NCBI GenBank assembly: GCA_002633005.1
Contig: NMRA01000581.1
Location: 200,787 to 264,786 of the forward strand
Length of the DNA: 64,000 nt
Direction of reading: 5' to 3'
DNA from: Phoronis australis
Lineage: Eukaryota; Animalia; Phoronida
Part shown: one piece after another, positions 35,974 to 50,844 of the stretch
Position numbering within the stretch: position 1 is the stretch's first letter
Layout: each line of letters starts with the position of its first letter
Position numbers and translations under genes: made by a program
The notes under the pieces: model-generated
The model's input: the letters and a program-made list of their open reading frames with translations, nothing else
What the model was told of the DNA's origin: nothing
Databases searched by the model: none

Positions 35974-38900
35974 CTAAAACAAAAGAATCATCAGATTTGC
36001 ACTCCGAAGTTTTAGGGAAATATTTAGTAAGCAGTTGGTGTGAAATTGGTGCTTTACTCCTTCTTCTTCGATTATTGTGTTTTTCTGCTCAATGTGGTCA
36101 TCTTTACGACATGTTTTGCGAAAGGTTGTACGCCTGGTCGTGGCAAAGAAGGTCGTGGGTTCGTGACTGCTATGAGTACAGCGTGTTTTAAGACCAAAAA
36201 CAATTGAAGATCTTCAATAAGACTTTGTTCAACTGTGGCTCAGATGCTACAACTGGGTCTATCTTCACTCACCACTTAGTAGTGAATCCTCCCGCTGTTC
36301 ATCTTGCAACACCGGATCCTCGCTACTACTGGACGTTCAACCGGTAATGGTCGGATATAACGTGCCCGAATTTCGAGAACCAGTTTCCTCTACAGAATAA
36401 CGAACATCAATCTGGTTTTCAAAATACGGAAAAGTTATATCCGACGATTGCCTTTTGGTCAGCCGGCCAAAAATCCGCAATTTTAGGTTTGATGGCAAAG
36501 TCATGTTAGAAGCAGACTCAAACAACTTCTAATGGTCCTCCCTTGAAGACTAGGGGGAGTTACCAGGCTGAAATATGCACCGCTGCCATGGTAACCAGGT
36601 ATTTTAACACCTAAACTCGTCAATTTCAGGTTCAATTGTTGAAACTTGGGGGTAATACCAAGGTGAAATTTGTCATGGTAACCAGGTATTGAACGGCACT
36701 GAAAATAGGTTCTATTTTATTTTTGACAGCAAAACTATGCTAGTTGCTGATAATGAATACTTAGAGTACCAAACTGAAGACTCTTTTAGAAATTTAGAAG
36801 TAAGGGGGTACCCAAGCTGAAACATGCATTGTTGCCATGGTAAAATTACGTAATCTAACTGACTTACAGTTCTAGACTGAGCAACACGCAAAAATTTTTG
36901 ATTTCTGAACATGCATTACCTCAATTAAAAAGTTGAATTTTTCAAAGGTATTTCAAAACAATTTTTGATAATTCAAACATGGTTACCACGGCAACTAACA
37001 TAAAAAGAAGAAATATCATTATTAACAGCAGAGTAGTTGAAAGAAGCATGAAAAAGGTATTCGATGAGAATCGTGTATGCAAAGTAGATTTAAATTTATC
37101 GTTGATAATGCACCAACCAGTCTGGTAGTTTAGTTATCGCCAGACTTTCCCACTGGACAGTGACACTGACCTCCACACGCTCAATCTGGGACTTTTACTT
37201 AACTCTGATAAATTTCGACACAACTTCATAGACGTCTCTCCGTTGAACAAGTGTGGGAAAGTTCAGACTATAATTCACTTTCTGTTGGACTGTACAATTA
37301 ATATTCAACTACGACAGAGACTCTTCCAGATCATTGAAAGTAACTATGATGTTTTCTTTACATTTAACGAATCCGGTAGTTTGCTAGACAAAGCCAATAT
37401 CCTCATTAAAGGTTCAAGTAAATTCAATGTAGAAAATAATCTTATGCTGATTCAATCTGTCGCATCATTTGTTTATCATAGTCTGCTGTTGTATTAATGT
37501 GTTGTAAGTCAGTGTCACTTTTCTCTTTTTCTTGTGGGCAATTCTGTGAAGCGGTCAACCTAGAGACAAAAAATTAAAATTTGGTCTAGATTAACATTTC
37601 TGGTGTCATCTGAAAGCCTAGTCTCACTAATTTCATGGCTTATTGTTGAATTTCCTATAGCTTTCGATTTTTTTCCTAAACTGACCCATTTTTGGAAGTC
37701 GCCTTACACAAAAAATTCCCACGTTTTTTCTGGAGTTGCTAATTATTGTCATAAATAAGCTAATTATGGGCGTTTTGCTATATTATCAAATTTGTGCAAT
37801 CAAACGAAGCTTAAACTTTCTAAAAAGTATAATTTGACCTGTATTGCATCGTCGACCACGTTGGGCCTACTCCTGGATGCCATGGTCTCGTACATCCGTC
37901 ACAAAAAATTGCTAAAAATTTTCGTCACGTCAAGTTTTCAATAAAAATTAAAATAATGTCAGATTCTCCTTTAACTTGTTTCGCAATGATATTGACAGAA
38001 TTTTTAGACCCCAGGGATTATTCGTCAAGTCAGAAATCCCGTGACACACGTACGGAAAATTTGTACTTCGTCACACCCATGAAATTACAATTTTCCAGCC
38101 AATAAAAATAACCTTAGGTCTTATTTTTACTTGCCAAACTTGCAGAAGACGGAATTTGACCCATACCTAAGAACTTAAAATGATTAAATATTACAAAGAC
38201 AGTCATAAAATCAAGTAGAGAAGATGCTCCGTGCTTAAACTAGATGCATTGGACTTTTTCAATTTCAAAAGTATTTGCTGAGAAGTTATACTTTATGGTG
38301 TAATCTAGTTCTTCTTAAAATATTTCAACTTGTAAAAGTTAGACAGTGGGACCACATAATAGAATGTAAATAGAACAAAATATTAATTTAGTGAAATTAT
38401 TGTTTTTGTGTTAGTGCCCCATGTTTGTAAAGAAATTCGTACTTTTTGGAAAACGTCTGAAGCAAAAAGTATGTCAGACTTCCATGAGTGCTCTGGAGTT
38501 AAATAATACGAAACCGAAAGGAATGCATGTCAAGCTGGAATCATCATGTTGTTTTCGCTATGAATCCCTATGCTGCTTTTTAGTGAAAAAGCCAATTCTG
38601 GGCATTTTTAAGTGGTAGCAAACTGTGAGCTACCTTATTAAACATTTTGTCATACCTTCAGTGACTATTGTAGCTCTCGTGTTTTTCAGTGTCTTGGGTG
38701 GCTTGTATGAAGTGATTTCATAGCAAATGATAACATTGCTTCATTTTACATATTTTTGGCAAAACGAGAATCTTGATCTCGCAATTTTTTAGAAAGATTT
38801 ACTCTTTTTCTACTGATATTCGAGGAGATTGAAGCAGCATTTAGAAACAAAATATGAAGTGTTGGAGACCAAAAGCAACTGGAAGAAGAAACAATATCTA

Positions 38901-41900
38901 CTGGAAAGTTCCCTGAAACTCGAAAAAATGCCATCATGGATCAATAAATTCATAATTATATTTGCATGAACCGTAAAGCGAGCCTAATTCAATGCAGCCT
39001 TTAAAACTGAAAAGAAGGCAATATTGAATTAAAAAAACAATTGAATGCTTGGCCATCTATTAATACACACACGTGCTCTGATCTGTGGTTGGAAGAGGTG
39101 GTTGTCTACATATTTCAACCTCTGCAGTTTCAGTTAGTAGTGCTAATGTATTCGACTTGAAGGTGGTATGGATACGTCAATTTTGCAAAGCGACAGGGAA
39201 TAACTGGGCAGTTCACTTGGAATCCTAAAACAATGTTAAGAATTTCGGGACAACGAACAGTAAATTAGTATTTCATTGCAGACCTGGATGACGGGAGACT
39301 TGTGGGAGCAAAAGGTTTGTTACTAATCCTATTCTTGTAGAAAGTGGTTAGTTACAGTTTTCTGAGATATTTCTCAACGTGTGTTAATTAGAGGTGTTGA
39401 AGCACTACTGAAGCAGACTGAACATAAAAAGGAGATAGATACAGCTACAGACAAAGTCAGAAAAGTCAACAAAACAGCTGACTCCAGATTGACGGAGCAC
39501 AACCGAGTTGGGAGTCTTCAATCAAACTAAACACTAGGTTGGCATTACAAGCTTCAAATTCAAACTGAAACAATGACTATGATGTCTAATAACTTCAGTG
39601 TCATAGAATTTGAATGGGATTAAATTTACCAGTACAAGTAATCTTCGTAGAAATTAAGTCTAAATCAAATTTACGGCTTCCACATTATTGGAAAGCAGAC
39701 CTACAAGAAGTTTGGTAGGTATGTAACCATGTTTACTATTGGCTAGTGTAATTATATTGTCCAATGAGAATGGTGCTTACTAAATAACCTGATGACATAT
39801 CGACCTGTGTCTCATTATAATATAACAGGTTTGCTAAGAAATAAATTTTATTAATTTGTAATTTTGAGCTTGATAACCCCCAAACAGTGATCTGCAATGT
39901 CTTGAGATAATTCTTACATGTGTTACTTGCTTCTAACATGACTTTGACATCAAAATTTTATTTAGATGACTTTTCAACACATGATGAAATCGAGCTAATT
40001 GCAGCTCCCTCCATTCGAGAGGGTGAAACAAGCTCTAGGCAGTTACCATAGAATATTTACCACAAAGCTAAACCCGATCACTCTAACCCCAACTCAGATC
40101 GGAACAACTTTAACTGTACGCAAAAACTTTGTATCATGAACAAAAACTGCAACCACACACGTCACTTTTACCACGAACAAGTAGTCACAGTGCTAACTGG
40201 TCACCACACGATAGTGCCATGTTATCCAGAAATTCTGAAATATTTTCACGTCAGTGATTCATTCTGAGTTCTGTCACTAAGATTTAACCATGCCTTCTTG
40301 GTTCTATGAACATAAAGTACTCTTGTCTTCCAAGTATATTTTCATCCCAGTCAAGGTACGTACCATGGTTGTTTCTGGGTTAGAACTAGTAAGTTAACAA
40401 TTTGCTGCAGGCTCGACGTCAGAGGGTACCGGCGTTTTTATGGAGGCTTTGCGGGTGGTTTTGGCTTGTGTCGAGTTTCTCACTTAAGTGTATCAATAGT
40501 GGTGAATAATCATCAAAACACAACGACATCTGACAGTATGAGTAGAAAATATGTCAAGTAGTCTATCAGTGATTTTGCTAAAATGAAAAACCAATCGTCT
40601 CAGTGACAAACATAACAAGCTGCCGCCACACGTTGGTCACTCGCATTAAATAATGTCCGTGGTAAGAGTGCCCGTGTGCAGTCCGTGGTAAGTTTGTTTC
40701 TCCTCCGTAATCTCCTCTATTGCAGCCTAAATTTGCATTCACAGCACCTCTGATTATCGTCTGTCAACGAAAAAGCAGTTAGCTTGACATAAATGTCGTA
40801 AGAGCGACTGCACGAGAACGTCAGGCAAAAGTGGGAACATGACATATCACATAATTTCTTTACAGATAGCTTATTTGAACACCTGGGTGAAATGATTAAT
40901 AACTGAAATACTTTTTAATTTGCAAAATTAGCAGCTTCTTTAAAATTGGCCCTCTTTCACTTTGGGGATAAATGTTGATCGGTGATCACGCCAATTTCGA
41001 CAAATTCCAAACAACTGTCGTGAAATACTCGGGTCACCGTGTTGAGAATCCTTCGGGGTAACAGGTTATGTAGATATGCACTTGATTTTTTTCAGCGGCA
41101 TACATTTATTTCATAAAACAAAAACATGTTTAACAGCTAAGGGAACCCAAAAACGACTGGCCATTATATTTGGGAGGGACAAATTGCACCAAGCTTATGC
41201 TCGTGCACTTAATCCGGTTGCCGGTTCAGCCGGGTCAACCGACAAAGACTTCTGATTGGTCTGCATGCCGGAGTCGTCATCCAGAACCAATCAACTGCTC
41301 ACCATGAAGGTTGGTCTGGGTAATTATGATGTAAAAAACCTACTTGACATGACTCCTCCCACAGCTAGCCCTTGCACAGCGCAAATGGCGCTCAGCACAT
41401 TGGCGGCACGCGCCCATGGCGTAGTTATGACACAGATGCCGTAAAACAACGTTATTACAGCTAGCGCCAAGTCGTCATAGCGAGGGAATCGGTCCAAGAA
41501 GAACCCAGTTAGGAGGGAGCCACCTGCTCGACATGGATGCAAGAAAGATATGGCCTGAAAAAAGACAAATACTTGTTAACGCGATTTTCCACGGAGAATG
41601 CAGTCATTTTCACAAACTTTTGCAAGAAATATTATTTGTGGTTTCACCCGTTCTTCTTAAATTTCGCCCGGTCACAACTTAACCCCAACTCGATCGGGGG
41701 AAATGCGCCGCCCGCAAGAAATTTAGACCCACATTCGATTGTTCTGAATCCAGTGAAAATGAAAGTGATACACTCAGCAGTGTTGACTATGAGTGCACAG
41801 GGCACTGTTGACATCTTTCTTATGTTCAGCTAGTCTAAGATGCAAAATACGAGAGGTCATGCCAACACATAACTCGTGGTAATCTTTACAGCTCACCTGA

Positions 41901-44900
41901 TGATCCTCATTCCTACTTTGCACGGTGTTCAATTTGGACTTAATCTTGGACAAACATTCTAGCCTATTACATGGCCTAAAAATTGAAACAAGGTTAACTG
42001 ACAGGGCAATAACTGTTAACAGTCTGTGTCAAACTTTTACTCCTTGAAGCTATTCACATACATGCCATTCATGCTTAGGGGTCATTCAGTAGAAATGTTG
42101 GTAAATACACACGAGATGGAGCTGTGGTAGAGTTTTTAGTTCACAGATTTTGTCCCATCAATAGCGAATGTGCAAATCCGCCATCTTGAATTTGCCGCCG
42201 CAGTTGTGATGTGAAGTGAACGTTTTGTGGCGATAAATTATTTTCTGTCTACTGGTGTACATGTACTTAGTGATGATGTTTCATTAATATCGAAACATCG
42301 TTTTCATGTTGCACTCTAGCGTCTTTTTGTTTTCCATTTCCTATTTATAAATTGGTCAAAAAACTATAATTGTTAAGGCCAGTTACATTGGCGCTTCACA
42401 TTAAAATAAACCGAAAATTCCTCGTAGGTCTAGCCATAGTACTCTCGCGTGTGATCTATGTTTTCTGTTATTATATCTTACGGTCCTCAGACTTGCTGCG
42501 AGAGTTTGTACTTTGAATTTCCGACTGCCTGCTCGACTGAGTTTTGGTCGAGAGTTGTCGGGCAAATCACAATGATCCATCCATATTCGGTGGCCACTTT
42601 TGGTAAAAAATGAAGGTTGTCATATAACTGTAAAAGCTAGGTTATTTTAAAGTACCATCATTCCATGTTTGTAATCTAAAATATTTTTGCACAAGAACCC
42701 CCGAATAAAATCTTATGGCCTAATACATCGCAGTTGTATAAAAGGGTACGTACACTACAACTGGTGGTCACAGCCCACTTCTATCATGCAAAAATTCATA
42801 GGGTAGCTGTTAATTTAATAAGTTATTGATCAAACTGAAGAAATATCACATACTAAAGTAAAAAAGTTATTACCGTGCTGATCAAGTTGTTCTAGATGAT
42901 GATACATTGCATGTCTTAATACAATATAATGAGAACTTCTTCTCTTACAATGATTCTTACAAAAAGAAAATGACAAGTGTCTACTTTCTTCAAAAACTTT
43001 ACTGGTGCTATTTGCCTAGTTTTCAGCACATTCACCTGTTGGTCAAAATAGTTAAAGCAATGCTAGGACCAGTGTTCAACTTTTAAACAGTAAAAAATGG
43101 TACTGGTTGGGGGGTACGTACACTACGCACAGTCAATCAACGTCAAATTTTGACTAAGTTACAAATGTATGGGATGGTCTCGAGTTTTGTGCTGCCTCTT
43201 CTAGTGGTTTTGTTGCAAGTTGGGTTGAGAAATAGGAAACTTGCCTCTGCAACATAAGTTGCCACATGACGTGTCTTCTAGGATGTTACTAGCCAAGTCC
43301 TGTGTGGCATTTTATTGCCCACAAATTTAATAACGTTCATTGTTTTTGTCAGGCTGGATGTATTCTGGAAATATCAGCATTGTTCATGAGAACAGCATTA
43401 TGTAAAAATACTTGCGGACAATAAATTATAGCACATAGGTTGAAGGAACGTACACTACACAGGGGTACGTACACTGCATTTCAATGAATTGTCAGGTTTA
43501 TAAAAATACATAGAATCTACTGAGAGTTAGTTCATTTACCAAATCTATTCAAAGAGAAAATAAAATAATAAAAAGTACAGCATAAATGTGTATATCTGTC
43601 TGCCAGTCTTTGAAAACAGGCACATGTTATAGGGGTACGTACACTACACAAATGCCAATAATTTTACTTAAAACAGATGCATTTATAATTAACATCCTTT
43701 TAACCTAACATTTTTAATGGTGGAAACTGTGACAAATATTGCGTATTTAATAAGTTTGTCACATTTTTGTAGATGTCACTGCATCCTGAATTCTTACAGC
43801 AGAATATAATTTTGTCAGACGGCACAAAATACCAATTAAAGAAAAAGATGTATAATTTTGACTAAATTCTTCACAGCAACTGTGAGGGATCCATAATCGA
43901 AAACCTTTGTCCTTATAGGGTAAAAATCTTTTGAATCATTGAAACTATTTCCCTGTTGATTGAACTAATTCATTTATATAACCTCTCAGGCCCAATTCCT
44001 TTTAACAGTATTGTCGCACCCGATTATTTTTCACATTTTGGTAGCACTCTAGGTTTTTAGAACTAAAAAGTGATTTAAAAACCAGATATGGGAAATGATA
44101 ATTATTTATAAATTAATTTATTTTTCTTTTGCTTCTAGTATAATCATACACTATCAAGAACCGATAAAGGACTTTCTAATGACAAGACTCTTATGCAATT
44201 CGGTCGAAAAAGGGCGAAGTTGAGAAATGTTTTAGTGCCAGTATGTTCCCTAACAAGAAACAACACCAGAACAAACGAATGCAACCAAAGTCGCCGAGTT
44301 GCCGGTGCCGCCGGAAGTGTAAGAGTTGTGAGCTCTTCAACCACTCAATAAATTATATTTGCGTCATCAAACTGGAGTGAAGACTCTTGAATCCTACATA
44401 ATGGTAGGTAAAATATATGTCGCTATATTTAACACTTTTAAACTCGTAACCTAAGCCGCTATCATCCAAGATGCCCGACCCATTCAAAAAGTGAGTCAAA
44501 TTTTGACATAGTTTTAATAGTCATAACGCACCATGTAATTTTGATATTTTTCCGGTTTTGTGGTGCAGACAAAGATACCTTTCGTTTGATGTAAGATTTT
44601 ACCTTCAAAGCGTAAACAAAAGTTTCAGTTCACCCGCTTCATTATGTGTCGAACCATAAATTCAGAAGAATCATTCATAAGTAAGAGCTAAATCGCCTTT
44701 AAATAGTGCACAAATCAGAAAATTTTATTAAAAATGACACGAGTTATTCATATCAGCCTAAAGCTTGCCTCTAAGGGTGTTAACCGTTTTGGCTACTGGC
44801 AACAAACAAATGCGTCATCACCCACGGTGAGCTGTGAACGTTTTTTAATGGGAAAATGGTGTATGGATATTTCCGACAGCATTGTGGTCTCTAAAATTTT

Positions 44901-47149
44901 GGTCCTCTTTAATTCTTTCTGGTTAAAACCATTTCAAATATGGTGAAGTTACAAAATACATCCTTTTAAAATATTTGGACCTTTTAGAACAAAAAATGAA
45001 AAAGCCCATTTGAGACATTTTAAAAGCTTCTTTACACATCCAAGATCTATCCGTTGACATATCTTGAATGTCCACATTCCCGTAAACTGGCTTGTAGGAG
45101 CACTTGAGTCACACACGCTTTCAACACTACAAAAAGTGCTCTCCAGAGTTAACTCAACTGTCACGTGACGAATGCCGCAAATTATCTGCAACAATGTTGT
45201 TTTGGAGTCTTGCTAATACGTTATATGTTTTCTCTCGTTGCATGCAATGTACCCGTTTTTTGATATTGGAATCTTTTTTTCAGTATGCAAAAACGTGCAC
45301 TATTTTCTTTGTGATCCTTTGAAGGCCCATAGGGAAAAATTCAAAAGGTCAATAAGTGCAAAATTGTTGATTTTTCTATCTGGGACACACTATGACAACT
45401 TTTACACAAAGATTAAGCGAAACCTAAATGTGACCTCTGCAGTGATTATATTATATTTTCTCGTGGAATGGATCTTAACTATTGGCCTATCTCTTCAGCA
45501 AAAATATGAATCTCGGCTGCCAAGGGGAGGACAAGCCTTCAGGTTTGAAATATTCGAAATCAGCTACTAAAAACCCCCTTCCGACCTTCCTTCCTCTCGG
45601 CGCTACGCGCCTCGGATTCGCTCGAATCCTAACCCCCCTCCCCTTACTGAAAACGTAGATCTGCCACTGTCATCTGATAGGAATGGGAGATGGTGAAATC
45701 TGAAAGGATGGGTCTTCAGATAGGATAGAGGGGCTTTCAAATGGGAAGGGTGGGATCAAAATGGGAAGGACGGGACGTGATAAGAAAAACGGGAGGCTAC
45801 GCTAAAACGGAGTCGTGTGGACAGGGCTTAGGTGTCTAATACCGTGTGATGGAGTTTGACTTTGTGGATGGATTTATTTGTTACCTGATACTCGTGCGGT
45901 AGAGGAGTGATTATTCACGTGCAGCAAACCAAAGTTTGTTCGTTTGAGTAGACTCAACCTTGAAGGAACTTAACACATTCAAAGGGCTGCGACATTCGAG
46001 AAAACAAATGCAGCCCACTGTGGCCCGAGACACATTAGCATGTAGAAAACGTCCCGCCTAAATATTCGTACTACACGGGAAATCGCTGTAGCCCTACCTG
46101 CGACATGCTTTCGTGGGTGGTATTCACTCTGTCAATCAGGTCAGGCATCGAAGTACCCAACATCTTAAAGGACATGCCCTGAGGAAAAAAGTTTTATCCT
46201 GGAATATTTTAAATCACAATACTGCAATACAGGAAAAACAAGATACGATGGGAATTTGTATCGAAAATATAACTTATGTAACGCCATGTTACACAGCGTA
46301 GTTGGTAATTTGAAAGGGTAACCTACGTTACAAGAAATGAAATGGATTACATAGCCGTATAAAAGTGGATCTCGCATTTCCATCATCGAACTCTCCTCTC
46401 ATGTTCATAAAAACCAAACTGTTTTAATTTTTAAATCTATCGACTCTTCTCATAAAACTTTTTCTGGAAATGAAACCATCCTCAGGCTTAATTATCCAGA
46501 ATGGAGATAGGACTGCCGTCGCTAAGGACGGACCTTCTGATGGGAAGGCTAACCCTGAAAAGAGGACTTGGCACTGTTACGGGTTAGGGTCCTCTCCCCA
46601 CGGAAATGAAATGGCGTGAGGTTTTGAAAGCAAGTCATTAATTGATTTGTTAGTACGCCATTAATATCACTAGTTTTGTTGAATATACCATTTGGCTTTA
46701 TGCAGCTTCAGTAAAACAGTAGCAACTGTATCGAGGGTTGAACCATACAACGTGCTAAAACATTGTCTCACGGCTTTTATTTACGATTAAGGGATTTGCG
46801 AAAACGTCGTCCAAGAAATACATATCGGCCTAAATGCGTCTTCAAAACATTAAACGAAATCCAATTAAGACGCAAAACAACAAGAAAATTCTAATCCTTG
46901 TTGCAGAACATATTACCGCACTCTACACATGCTCAACGTCGACAATGTGTGTCGCAACAGCTATGTTTGACTGAACTCTCGCGAGAATTGAAAACTTACA
47001 TTGCAGGCGTAGACAACAAAGAGAACAGCAGTCTTGACATATCGGTATCTGTTGGAAAGGTGGTAGTCTGTGTTTTCTTTGGCTTCGTCATTTTTTAACG
47101 TGAATTCTTTAGTAATGTTTCCATTGACATCTTCGCTTGAATTTGCCAT
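34967..47149 (-). CDS. MFSD4/NaGLT1-like MFS transporter copy B, 482 aa (exons 47149-47000, 46178-46098, 41554-41344, 35973-34967)
   Basis: Four exons with canonical GT-AG sites splice in frame (1449 nt). Many hydrophobic helices, MFS motif-A-like GFFLDRFPR, LGTSMPDL and PGSC/PASC motifs typical of the family. Confidence 0.88.
36550..37000. repeat. Repeated GGGGG.TACC...CCATGGTAAC motif cluster, probably DNA-transposon subterminal repeats
   Basis: Related units at ~36551, ~36646 and ~36801, plus an inverted GTTACCACGGCAAC at ~36982. Confidence 0.5.
37150..37500 (+). mobile_element. 3' fragment of a LINE related to the 18013-20278 element
   Basis: Translates to LLLNSDKFRHNFIDVSPLNKCGKVQTIIHFLLDC, versus LFLTSDKFRHNLSNVSPNCKCGDHQSYPHIFFKC in the larger element. 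Confidence 0.8.
41344..41554 (-). CDS. Copy B exon 3 (211 nt)
   Basis: tttcag|AISFLHPCRAGGSLLTGFFLDRFP...GGVMS A|gtaggt. Confidence 0.9.
42744..43647. repeat. Five dispersed direct copies of GGGTACGTACACTAC (probable transposon subterminal motif)
   Basis: Copies at ~42744, 43112, 43445, 43463 and 43633 (two with one mismatch). Confidence 0.65.
46098..46178 (-). CDS. Copy B exon 2 (81 nt)
   Basis: cctcag|GMSFKMLGTSMPDLIDRVNTTHESMSQ|gtaggg. Confidence 0.88.
47000..47149 (-). CDS. Copy B exon 1 (150 nt)
   Basis: MANSSEDVNGNITK...YRYVKTAVLFVVYACN|gtaagt. Confidence 0.88.
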
Positions 47150-47879
47150 TGTGTTGATCTATTTGAAGCCGTCAGACACGATGCTTCTAGGGTTCAAGAC
47201 TGAGATCGAGGGTTCATCATACACATACACACAGGATTTTAATGCTAATCAAAAGGTCAAGTGACAGCTCTTGACCTCTTCTACCACGTGAACAGTTACT
47301 ATGGTTACATCTCATTACATTCTATGTGTGACACATTTGTAAAATACAGAACTAGAGGTAAACGTCTAGACAGAGCATGATCTCGTTTTATGAACTTCTT
47401 AAATTGTTGAAATACAGCAGTTAATATAGGCCAGCGTTCGAAGTACACGCTGGCCCGGTGTCCCGGGGCCAGTGGATTTGCTGCGGGCCAGTAACTTTTA
47501 AAAGATAACTTGGCACCTGGGCTAGCACATTTATCTCCTGAAGTTCGAACACTGAATGTAATTCAGATAGTAAACTCTCCGATGCTGTAATAAAATGAAA
47601 TATGAAAAAAATTAAGATAGATTCTTAGTTTTTTCAAGACGCAAAGTCTGGTTTGTTTCGTAGGTGACTCTGTAGATATGTTTCACGTGTCGTGGACGAT
47701 TTCGCATAATGGAGGTCTACGCTAACACTGAATATTCTTCGGCGTGTGAGGATGTATAACACACACGAAAGACTAGCGGTTGAAAACATGCAAACCTCAA
47801 CGGTTACTTTATTTTTTGCCAATGGTCTTCTGCGGTCAGTGCTGATTTCCTCTTCATACACTATGACAAGATTTAACAG

Positions 47880-49375
47880 CAATACAATGTGTATGGATTG
47901 GTTCCGAGAAACATTTGAGACAAACTTATGTTCTCAAACAAAGTTAAGATGGGCCAGTGAAACTTTTACCGTATTGGGAATTGCATATGGAATAGACTTG
48001 GAAAACTTTAAAAAATTAAATTACCATGGAAAAAGGAAGGAAATAAATAAAACATTGCATGTCTGGTAAAAAAGTAGTCTTACGAAGCTTGGGAGAGTTT
48101 CAGTGGTAAAAACTATTCTATTACCAAAATTATCTCATCTGTTTATCACACTTCAGTCTAGTTCCCAAGCGTTTATAAAATAATTAAACTACACGTTTTT
48201 TAAATTTATTTGGGGAAAGAAAAATGATAGAATAGCTAGATACGTTATGAACCTGAAGTATGACAATGGATGATGTAGAATGGTTCAGTTGGCTTCTTAC
48301 ATAAAGACTCTGAAACTTACGTGGGTCCGTAGATCAGTAAATACAAACCAAAGTTGTGGATATCTTAGGAATGAGACGTTTTTGGAAAATGTATACTTCC
48401 GTGGTGTTTTGCAGATGACTATTGTAATGGGATCTTTTACCAAATTAAACATAAGTTCTGGATGGAAATCTCATTTATCAACCGCTCCGGCACTATTCCT
48501 CAATTAGAAATATCAAAAAGTCAGTATTTTAAGTCATGGAACGATAGAGGAGTAAGATTTGTGTATGATATTATGGATAATGATGCAATTTTTCTAGATT
48601 TTTACGCTTTTTGTCAAGTTTTCGTTTAGACCTATGGGCTTAGGAAAGTACATGTACTACTGTTTGCCTGGCTCGGTGATAGAAATCCAAATACTAGAGT
48701 ATTGTATATGCTCCGTCTACCACATTATCCGGAAGTGCTAAATCAGATAACAAAAAAATAAAAAGGTGTAGATCAATGTATGATATTTTTATTCGTAATA
48801 TGACTAGAAAACCGATCCCACATGATTAATGGATTTCTGAGATGAGTAATAAATTAACTATGTGTTGAAAACAATGCACTTAAATTGTTTTTCAATTTTT
48901 CTCTAGATGTTAAATTGAGATGGTTCCAGTATCGATTAGTTCACAGAATATTATGTACAAATTCATATGTGTATAAAATAGGCGTCTCGGAGTCTTCTGC
49001 TTGTACATTTTGTAATAAAGCCCCAGAAACTTTCATGCACTTATTTGTACATTGAAACTTCACCAGAACCTTCTTTCCGGAATCAACAACTCATATCCAT
49101 CTACAAACTTAATTTTGCTTTAGCGAAATATCACATATACTGTCAAAGATTGGGTGGCACTTTATTATCTATTAATGCTTCTAAGAATATTTTAAAATAG
49201 TATTTATCTCTCAGAGAAATATATGTAAAAAATTATACAGTTTGATAGATTTAGAAATAGATGGTTAAAATTTGCTCATATTATTGAAAATTAAACGACC
49301 ATTGAGTGAGTGTGTGCGTGTATGTAAATGCTCATTGTTATTTACATTGTAATACTAATTATTAATAATAAATGG
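47880..49375 (+). mobile_element. Degenerate 3' part of an L1/Tx1-type LINE
   Basis: Remnants FTVLGI, W*KSSLTKLGRVSVVKTILLPKLSHL, FFKFIWGKK and zf-RVT LRWFQYRLVHRILCTN...CTFCNKAPETFMHLF; AATAAA at ~49366. Confidence 0.85.
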
Positions 49376-49801
49376 ATTTAAATGCGCCAGAATATATTTC
49401 CGCTGGAGTAATTTACATGTAGTTATTTATGGAGAGAAATTAGGAACGCTGACATGGCGTTTTGAAAAGTGTTCCACCCGAAATATGAATCAAATTTCTA
49501 AGCATGGCGCTGTCGAACGTAATATCCAGTGTCATGATTAGCCGTTGTCATTGCCTTTAGCGTGTCAGCATACAACATTGTCAAAGAGTGCACCGCTGGA
49601 GCAGTTAGGTCTTTCATATACCACATTTTCTTTCTCTGCTTCAGATAACACCAGGTCAGTTTGAGAATCTTATTTTTTATAACCTGTAATATAAGAGCAG
49701 CCTTTGGTGCGTCGTCATCAAATGAAAAACTTTAACAGCATCGGACTCGGGAACTTCAGCACAGCAATTATGTGGCACATCGTACATGTATTTGAAGCAA
49801 T

Positions 49802-50844
49802 CTAAGACTCGTCAGAAATCACAACTTCATTCACAATATCATGCCATTCCCCTGCACGTGCTCGTCTTTTGGCACGTTCTTTCCTGTCTCCTCTCCAACA
49901 ACCGGCTGAGTACATAAGCAGTGTGAAAAATGTTGCCAAGGCAATGCTAACAAAAGCGAAATAGAGAATATACTGCGGACCGTGATATTGAAGCAGAATA
50001 CCAGAAATCAACTGACCAGAGAGCCCTCCCAATGCTGAACTGATATCGAAGAGTGCGCAGAGGATTCCGGAAACGACCATGTAGTTGTTCAAAAAAGACA
50101 GACCGGCTGGTGTGGTTGGTCCGTAGAAGAAAGCTGAAGAAACGGCGAACACCCAAAGATATATTCTCTTGCTTGTACCGAAATAGCATAAGCACCCCCA
50201 GCAAACCGTTGAGCTGAGCAAAAAAGGGAAAAATGTGTACTGTGTGGAAACACGAAAACTTAAAATGGACACAAGTGCGCGACTTGCACACTGCGCCAGA
50301 GCTTGCATTGAATCCAGCAAGGCTGCATCCTGCTTTGAAGCCGCTAACCCGCTCTCCACGGCGTATGTCATTAAATACCCGTTAAGAATTTCGTCTGAAT
50401 TTCTTGCACAATACGAGAAGAGTATAATGCCGAAACACATGAAAGTTCCGAACACACAATTCCCTTCAGCACATGATGCGGGGTTTAGGAGAGATTTTAG
50501 GGGGGTGTTTTCCTTTGTAGCTGTTTCTTTCACTATTTTGTCCGTTTTCTTGAAATACAATAATACAAGTATAATACCGGTAGACGCAAAAATCCCACCT
50601 ATTATGCCATATGGTATTTCAATTCGCGACGGCTTCCAGTTGGCATCTTCAGTCGTTGAATTTCGCCCAGCCAACTTTGTGACGTCATAACCGGTTGCAT
50701 TATTCTCACCTTGGTTGAGAGATCCTAAGAAGGGTAACATAAGTAACGAAGCAGCAAACATGCCGATTGTTGAGAAACAGTATGCAGCGTTGAGTACAAC
50801 CGGTGCTTTCGTCGTCCACAAACGCAGAAATGCGTAATTGCAAG
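49802..50844 (-). CDS. Copy C exon 4
   Basis: ttttag|CT TGC AAT; open multi-TM frame ending VVISDES*. Confidence 0.92.

Noticed and set aside
35346-36191. 281-aa plus-strand ORF (and similar 50235-50690)
   Set aside because: Antisense shadow of the transporter last exons; its similarity between copies follows from the sense gene.
37547-44790. Possible TIR pair enclosing exon 3 of copy B (exon capture)
   Set aside because: The match is short and gapped, there is no TSD, and the enclosed intron/exon sequence is collinear with copy C. More likely ends of separate elements.
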